From positions 1-64,000 of the forward strand of contig DF237465.1 in assembly GCA_000708835.1 (NCBI GenBank): 64,000 nt of DNA, in the 5' to 3' direction. This stretch comes from Klebsormidium nitens (Eukaryota; Plantae; Klebsormidiophyceae). Positions 56,501 through 64,000 of the stretch are shown here, in pieces; position 1 is the stretch's first letter; the number at the start of each line of letters is the position of its first letter. The notes beneath the pieces were generated by a model. It did no database searches and was not told the DNA's origin. It saw nothing but the letters and a program-made list of their open reading frames with translations. Position numbers and translations under genes: made by a program.

Positions 56501-59500
56501 GACTTTTTCCGTCGGTCCGATTATCACCCAGAACTTCCGGCGTGATCCTTCATAGTTGTCTGACGCCACACCTAAATTGAATCTGACGTCATCTCTCCAG
56601 GTGCGCTCGCTGCGCCCCCCTCACTCCCTGGTGCAGACCGTCCCTCTGCGCTCCATGACCCTGCTGACGTCAGCGCCAGCTGGCAGCGCCCTGGTGGCCG
56701 ACGACAAGGCCGTGTACCGCTTGCAGCCGGTCGACGTGGCAGCACAGGTAGGCTCTGCTGCTTTCTGTCGTTTCAATGAAGTGAGCGCTTTGCAAATCAG
56801 AAATTGGTTGCTTGGAGGTTTTCTGTTCGCTGAGGCTTCAGAGAAACATGAAGTTCACGGCTCGGGGATGCAACAATGCCCTGCCGCAGAGACAGTGGAA
56901 CGAGTTGCTCTGCTCTGTAACGCCGTGATAGTGTTGACTTTTGACTTTTGAGAAGCTTTGTCCAGACCCGCCAAGTTTTTAAATCTCCATTGTCCGCCAA
57001 CACGAGCACGCACTTGCTGAAGCGCAAGCACACCGTTTCAGCACTGTTTGACCCCGTGATCTTCTCCATGGATGTGAAACTGTTGCCAGCTTTTGACGTT
57101 TGCTTGGACGTGCAGATCTCGCAGCTCCTCGCGGGTCGCCAGTACGAGGACGCGTTGCTGCTTTGCCAGCAGCTGCAAGGGGAGGAGGCGCAGTCACGAA
57201 CAGCGAAGGAAGACGAGATCCATACGCGCTACGCAGAGGACCTGTTTCAGAGGGGCGAGTATGAGAGTGCCATGGTGAGAAACTATCTGGTTTCTCAGCC
57301 AGTCTGATCTCAGTATTCCGACCGAGGAAAGGCCTACTCAGATTATGTTGTCAAGCGCTGGCTTGCAATGTGATTTGTTGAACCGACGGAACACTGTGCA
57401 GAGCTGTTTGTATCTCGAAGGACACGCGCGAAATGCTGTCGAGTAGTCGAGATCTCCGGGCGAAGGGCTGTCGTCAACGGCTTCGAGAGCGGGGCTCAAG
57501 CGGGAATCTGGAAGCTATGATGACCAAAAGGGCATCACGCGTGACCTTCAACCGCAGAATATCGAGACTCAACGTGCCAACAAAAAAAGAGCACTGCTTT
57601 TCAGCTCTGCTAATGGGGTTTTTACCCTATCGTTTCCAACACTTTCTTTCCTTTTGGACTTGAACGCTCCGGTTGCGTAGCCCGCCTTACTCAACGCTCC
57701 GTTTCCAACTGCAGGCTCACTTTGCGGCAGCTCCCCTGGACCTTCCATCCCTCCTATCTCGATACTCCTCCATCGAGCTCCCGTCAAACATTCCCTCTGA
57801 ACCTGAAGCCCAGTTGAGAACCGGCCCCGACAACCTAAACAATCCTTATACCGAAAGACCCGTTTCTAGAGAGAGTTCCCTCTCGCCAACCGTTGCAAAC
57901 AGCCCGCTTGCGGGCCTCACCCTTACCCGCGCTCTGAAAGCCCTTTCGGAATTCTTGACACTGAAGCGGCCGGGCATAGTATCCCTAGTCGAGCCTCGCC
58001 GAAGTAGTGTCAGTCTGCCCTCCTCCGATTACAGCTCGAGGGAGCCTGCACCTTCTCAGGGCCTCTCGCCGCAGCAGCAGGCGACCCTTCTTGACACCGC
58101 GCTGCTCCAAGCGCTGCTGGCGACGGACAGTGTCAAGCAGGCGCGCCAGCTGCTCGACGGCCCCAACTTATGCCACGTGGCGACCTGTGAGCCGCTCCTT
58201 TCGGCAGATGGACGGTTCGAGGAGCTTTTGGCGTTGTATAGATCGCAAGGGGCGCATCGAGAGGCGCTCGATCTGCTCAGACGGCTGGCTGAAGACGGGT
58301 CTGGGGGGTCAGCTTTCGGGCATGAGCGGCTAGCGGAGTATTTGAAGCAGCTGGGGAGCGACAATATTGGCCTCCTGTTGGAGTACTCAAAATGGCTTTT
58401 GGAGGTGAGCGAACGTTCTGCTCTCGATGGTGCGAGCAATTAACATCCTCAGTTCTGCTTCAATCTATGAGGTAGGGAGAGCGTGCGAGGGATCGTGCCA
58501 TCGTTCGTGGATGGAGCGGCTCTTTCGCCTCCTCCAGGTCGCGTTTCCAGTTTTGCGTGAATCAAACGCTTTCATTCGAGTAGGCGAAGTTCGCGTTTCA
58601 GCGCATCTCGCAGTCAGCCTTTGAGCAAGGCTTTGTGGAAACGTCTGATGGTGGTGTCAGGAGCAGAATCCGGATGGCTCCTGTTGCTAACAGTCAGCGC
58701 CCATGAGCAGCCACGCCTTGCCGAATCCATCGCTGACACTTGCATTCTCTCCATCAGCTTGGTAAAGATTTCTGTTGCCTCATGTTTCAGAAGTCGCAGA
58801 ACGAAGTACGCCTCATGTTTCACAAGTCGCAGAACGAAGTACCCACCCTTCTTTGCAGGCTCATCCTGACGAAGGCCTCGCCCTCTTCAAAAACCTGGAC
58901 CCCCCCATCCCGCCCCAAACCGTCCTCGCCCACCTGCGCACCCACGCTCCCCAGCTCTCCGCCGCATACCTCGAACACATTCTGGGGGGGTCCGCGGGGA
59001 GTCAGCCGCCCAGCCTGCCCGCCACCCCCCCGCAGCTGTCCCGCCTCAGCAGCAGCAGCTTCGGGGGGGACAGTTTCGGGGGCGAGAGCACCCCCCCGGC
59101 GGCGAAAACGCCGACCGAGGACGAAGGGCTGAGCAAAGAGCTGGTGCATTTGTATCTCGAACGTGTTTTGGAGGAGGCCAAAGCGGGGAGTGTTTCAGGT
59201 CGGGGGGTCGGAGCGGAAACCGGAACAGCGGAAGGGGGAAGAAAGTGGGACGAGCGAGCGAAAAGCGAGACGCGGCAGAAACTGCTGTCGCTGCTCGAGC
59301 GGTCGACTGCGTACGATCCGAAGCGGCTGCTGTCCGAAATTGCGGACGGAGTTCTGCTGTACGAACGCGCTCTTCTGTTGGGCCGGCTGGGAAAACACCG
59401 GCAGGCGCTGTTTCTCTACTCGCGAGCGTTGGGGGATCCCCCAGCCGCGGAGGAATATTGCACGCGGTTCCACGAAGAGGGGGGGAACGTGGCGGGGGGG

Positions 59501-61052
59501 ATCGAGCAGAGCATCGGAGTGGATACGGGGGCGGTCACTGGGGGGAGGGGACAGGGGGAGGGGGGGGTAGAAGGAAAGGGTGGGAGCGCCAGAAAAGGGG
59601 AGACGGAGGGGGTGAATATGTACTTGACACTGTTGGAGGTGAGTGACGTGGGCAGGCGCGTCGTGACAAGGTCTGTGGATTGCGAAATGCTAGAAGGTCT
59701 GGGATCAGCGAATCTCCAAGAACGGGCTATTCATGACTGTAGAGTAGAAGTTGGCATCCGATTTGATGCGGACAGTCGACAAGAGGCCATTGCATCTGGT
59801 TCCGCCTGTGAGCCTTGAGTCTGCTGCGTTGAGGCAGCTAGGTAACACACGTGCCTCGTTACAATCCATGAATCGTCCGAACTCCCCGTGAGTGTTTGAT
59901 TCAAGATCGGACCACGGTCAAACAACCAGTACATGCAAGTTGAATTCGACAAGGAGGTGTCAAAGGTCCTGCAAACGTTTTGTCAAGATTCTCTATGATG
60001 CGCAGGTGTATCTTGACCCTCACGTGGGAGCTTCCGATGTCCCTTCTCACCAGCGTGGAGCCAACGAGGACACTCCACGTGGCACTGCGAGCAACTCCGA
60101 CGGAGTCTCCACCTCAGGCGCCGGTAACGACGTCCAAGTCTTCCCGGGGGGTGCGCGCAGGGGCAGTTCTACCCCCCGGAGTCGAAAACCGCGCAACTTA
60201 CAGCCAAACTTAGAAACGATACGCGCCTCCTCTCAGAGCAGCGGTTCAGAGGAGGCCGCTTTCCAAAACGGCCCCGGTTTGGGAGCGGTTAGTGTAAACC
60301 AGGAGGTCATGCTTGACGATGCGCTGCGGCTCTTGGTGCGGTTTTGGGACCGAATAGACGGCGCAAAGGCAGTGCGGCTGCTACCGGGGACGGTCGAGAT
60401 TGGGCGGCTGATTCCATTTCTCGGGCCGCTGCTCCGGCGGATCAGCGAGGGGAAACGGAATGCCGCGGTCGTGAAGAGCCTGCGGCGCAGCGAGAATCTG
60501 CAGGCAAGCGACCGGCGGGAGTGCTCAAATTGCGGTTATATGCGAATGCCCGATTACGTATCTCCTTCTGACCCTTTCCCCTGTGTCCTTTGCTTTCATC
60601 CTAAAGAATGGCAGCCCGTCACCATTTTTTGCTTCCCGTTCTGACACCTTGCAACTTCGTGTCCTTGAGCACTCTTTCACCTGTTCGATATGGGATGTTT
60701 TATTGATCTGAAGTCGCAAATCGTAATGGAAATCGGAAGTATGTTCCGTTACCTTTGACGCCTGACCGATCGTAAGCGGACGACGCTGCAATTCAAGCCA
60801 TACATAACAAAGCGGAACGGAAAGGGATAGAAAGAAATGAACTTTTGAGACGTGGTTGAAAGCTCATCCTCCCCTCCTTCCGCACAGGTGCGAGATCGGT
60901 TGCTCGAAGAACGGCGGCGTTCGTTCCGTGTGACAGGTGGCACTCTCTGCACCATCTGTCACAAGAAGATCGGGACAGGCGTGTTTGCCGTGCATCCAGA
61001 CAACCGGCTCGTCCATTTCTCGTGCTATAAGGAGACCGGGACAGCACCATGA
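53526..61052 (+). CDS. VPS39: Vacuolar sorting protein 39 (Vam6/VPS39; CNH domain, helical repeats, C-terminal Zn finger), ~1066 aa; exons 53526-53615, 53979-54116, 54569-54970, 55962-56093, 56601-56747, 57116-57274, 57715-58404, 58859-59638, 60006-60503, 60888-61052
   Basis: MVHSAF start, DNIGVFVD, ALLDTALLQALL, ERALLLGRLGKHRQAL, VVKSLRRSENLQV and CTICHKKIGTGVFAVHP...VHFSC. All introns are phase 0. Confidence 0.93.
58781..58842 (+). repeat. 33-bp tandem duplication just upstream of the VPS39 exon 8 acceptor
   Basis: catgtttca(g/c)aagtcgcagaacgaagtac occurs twice. Confidence 0.85.
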
Positions 61053-62012
61053 AAACTTTATGCAAGTTTTGACTTGCGTACAAATCAAACATCTGTCGTT
61101 CTTCGGCTTCATCAACTTCGGACTCTACGTTCTTCTTGCTAGCCGGGCGCCCCTTGCAGTGGGGAGCACTGCCAGGATCGCGGTGGTACTTGCCTGCACT
61201 AAGGACACTGCAGCAATGCCAGTCGTTGTCAGACCGTTAATCTGATCCAAGCATAATAAATTCATGTCCGACCATCAAATACGCGGACTTCAACTTCTCT
61301 CGCTTAATGCACAGTTGAGACTGTGCGCTGCGTCAGATCTTTTGCCTAAGGGTACGGGTGATGCTGGAAGGGGGTCTAAGAAGTAGACAATGATTTTTAA
61401 TATGGCGTTGAGGCAAGCTCGGCCAATTGAGGCTCCTTATTTACGGCATACACGAGTTGTGTGCCTCTTTTCAAAATATGCCTGTGCACTACGAATGATC
61501 GGTCGAATGATGTGCACAAATGGATGTTTCCATATAATCATGTGAGCCGGGCCGCCGCGATTAATTGCAAAGCGATAACAATCTAATGCAATATGAACTA
61601 CGGGCAAATAGTATGCAATGGTTGCTTCGATCCGATTACATCAGTGTATAGCTATATAGGGCACAGCGTATACCCGGATACCAATTTTAGCCTACAGCTC
61701 ATGGGGGCCTACATGGCGCAAACAAGCCATGTGGAAGCCTTCGTTGTTGAAATCAAGTCTACGGAAAGAGACTATGAATTGTCCGCACGCCGCGCGCAAT
61801 TGCCAAACCGCGGCCGCGCCGGGCTGCCCGGCGGCCGGGCTGGACAAAGAAATCAATTATTGCAAATGTAGGTAAAAGCTACGTCCGTACAGCTTATCTG
61901 ACACCTGTTAAGGTCCATAGAACTCGGAAAACATTTGCATATTGGCTAAAGCATAATCTCATAATCTAATCCATAAGCGGATAGCGGATGAAATAACACT
62001 GCACGAAGACGC

Positions 62013-62099
62013 GGGCTATGAACTCTGTTGGTGATCGTATACGATATATGTATTACATATATGCAACGGGTATACGATCACCCACAGAGTTCATAGCCC
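62013..62099. repeat. 87-nt hairpin (30-bp arms, 1 mismatch)
   Basis: gggctatgaactctgttggtgatcgtatac (62013-62042) versus gtatacgatcacccacagagttcatagccc (62070-62099). Confidence 0.9.
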
Positions 62100-62567
62100 C
62101 GTTGCATCTGGGTTCTGGTTCTTCCACTAACCAAAGTCTCAAAGCCAAACCATAGATAGGCATGAATTTCCTCCAAACCCACACTAGAACCTGGTTTGAA
62201 CCGGTCAACCCCCTTCTAATGCCCACTATAAGGAGGGTATAGGCCATCATAAACCAATAAACTCACCATCTGCTTCCCGTTCTTGTGGATATACGTATAT
62301 CCATGGAGCACCATCTTGCTATCCAAAACAGCCCCTCTGCCCGGGCGTAATTCAGATGAAGCAATGCAACATTTGGCATGACGATGCAGCCTGACGCTGA
62401 CGAAGAATTGTGATTCTCAAACTTCAAAGGTTTGCTACCGGACCTGCTTCAAACGTGTGCGCGCGTGCAAATCGCAGTGAGCTTACCGTCCGGACAGTCG
62501 ATACTGATTCGACTAACCTGACGGGACGCGGTGTGCCACATCCCGATCGATGTAGTGACTGAAACAG

Positions 62568-62689
62568 CCAGTGAACAGTAACGGAGACGGGTAGGGTTGG
62601 TTAGGGGGTTAGGGTGGGTACGGGTGCGGAGCGGGTGTTTCCTTAGGTTAGGGTTTTTAGTAACCCCAAAATGCTTACTGTTCACTGGG
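62568..62689 (+). mobile_element. MITE-like element: same core with 14-bp inverted arms
   Basis: ccagtgaacagtaa ... ttactgttcactgg around gggtgggtacgggtgcggagcgggt. Confidence 0.65.
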
Positions 62690-62868
62690 CTTGCTGTTCA
62701 CTAGATCGAGAAATACGTGTGCCACCGTCGATGGGAATCGTGCAGGTCGGTGCACTAGCGACAAAACAAGCCACCAATCGAAAAGCTGGAAAGGCCGTCG
62801 CGACCGCCGAACTTAATATGCGCCCTCGCGAGTCGCGACCCCTTTCCTACTGTTTCTCTGCCAACAAA

Positions 62869-64000
62869 ATGAAGCGAAGCGCAATGGCGGCCATGGAAAC
62901 GGACGCCCAGGACGCACAGGAAGACGCGCTGAAAGCTCAAAAGCTAGACCATGTTATCTTCAACGATGCATCCAGCAGCGATGTTGTTATTCGTTTGGTG
63001 AAGGAGACAGCTGCAGATGGGGCTACTTCCGAAGCTTTGTATCTTCACACAGATGTCCTTGTTGCATGCAGCACTTATTTTGCTGCTCAACTCTCCGAGC
63101 GCTGGGTCGGGGCGGATGTCTCGGTGGACGAGCAAGGACGACTTGTTCTTGTTGTGCATTTGAACGACGCTGGGAGCTTTGAGGCGTTCTCTGTGGCCCT
63201 TGCTAAGTTGTACGCTGAACTTGGTGTTGGTAGGGGACAGTCTGAGAAAGACATCAGCTTTTCTGGCTTTCAAGAAGCCTTGGCGTGCCTGCAACCAGCA
63301 GACCAACTGGGCTTGGAGTCCCTGTACAAATCTGCAGTATCTTATCTCCAGTCGATCCCCTGGACAGTGCAAGAGGAGGGAATGATCGTGGAGCTGCTAA
63401 GCCGGACGCGAATTCCTGAGGAAAAGCTCTTGGAAAGGACTAGGGAAGCAAGCATCACGACTCAGTACAGAATCCTGGAAGCTGTAGTTGCCAATGCGGT
63501 CCAGGGTCTAAGATCCTCAGCATTTTGCCGCAGCTTCGTTGAAAAGTTGCTCAGTTCCGATTCCAGCAGCAACCGGCAAGTGATAGAGAGGGCACTCAAT
63601 GAGATCTTCAAAGATCTTGAAGCATCCAGCGTTGAGACATTGAAAAAACTCATTCAGAATCTAGTGAAAGATGCCGGTTTCAAGGCCTTCGCTGACAAGC
63701 TGGAATGGCTTTTTGGCCTCCCTCTTCCATTGGTTGCAAGTGAGCGCAGCCTGAAAATCAAGCGGAAGATAGTGGATGTGGTGCTCCCATTGAGGAGCGA
63801 CAAGTCAGACTTTCGCATATTATTCTGGAGCGCAGGCTTGTCCAATTTGCACTCGGTCCTCGTGGCAGAGGTCATCAAAGGGAGGCTTCCCCTGGATGTG
63901 GAATGCCGCAAAGGCTTGGTCGAAATGTGGTTCCTAGCTTTTAAGTCGCTTTCCGAAGCTGGCTGCTCTTTGGGTGGAAGGCTTCCAGATCCAGAGCTGG
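62869..64000 (+). CDS. BTB/POZ-domain protein (plant At3g05675/At3g50780-like), 3' partial, no intron in window
   Basis: Open frame to the window end: FNDASSSDVVIRL...LYLHTDVLVACSTYFAAQLSERW...LGLESLYKSAVSYLQSIPWTVQEE. It is absent from the ORF track, presumably because no stop is reached. Confidence 0.85.
   Translation, partial: MKRSAMAAMETDAQDAQEDALKAQKLDHVIFNDASSSDVVIRLVKETAADGATSEALYLHTDVLVACSTYFAAQLSERWVGADVSVDEQGRLVLVVHLNDAGSFEAFSVALAKLYAELGVGRGQSEKDISFSGFQEALACLQPADQLGLESLYKSAVSYLQSIPWTVQEEGMIVELLSRTRIPEEKLLERTREASITTQYRILEAVVANAVQGLRSSAFCRSFVEKLLSSDSSSNRQVIERALNEIFKDLEASSVETLKKLIQNLVKDAGFKAFADKLEWLFGLPLPLVASERSLKIKRKIVDVVLPLRSDKSDFRILFWSAGLSNLHSVLVAEVIKGRLPLDVECRKGLVEMWFLAFKSLSEAGCSLGGRLPDPEL

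Overview
Intron-rich eukaryotic nuclear DNA. The gene set, GT(A/G)AG..(C/T)AG introns and plant-type proteins suggest a streptophyte green alga such as Klebsormidium (inference only). I built phase-checked exon models by hand for: an SLX9-like gene (5' end missing), three tandem germin-like (cupin) paralogs, a SAM-domain protein, an AT74-like histidine-phosphatase/phosphoglycerate-mutase, a BRWD/PHIP-like WD40 protein with no visible bromodomain, an intronless F-box gene, ORC2, initiator tRNA-Met, VPS39 and a BTB/POZ gene running off the end. Three things stand out. (1) In the third germin-like gene, exons 4-5 lie on the opposite strand to exons 1-3 and 6, although all six exons are intact. 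A 22-bp repeat near both breakpoints becomes a hairpin centred on the junction if the cassette is flipped back. (2) Five unrelated gene families carry decaying tandem 110-180 bp 'echo' copies of their exon-intron junctions inside the adjacent introns. Many echoes keep an AG or GT, and several lead straight to stop codons. (3) A ~75-bp TTAGGG-like core recurs four times, framed by inverted arms of three unrelated sequences. No database searches or expression data were available.
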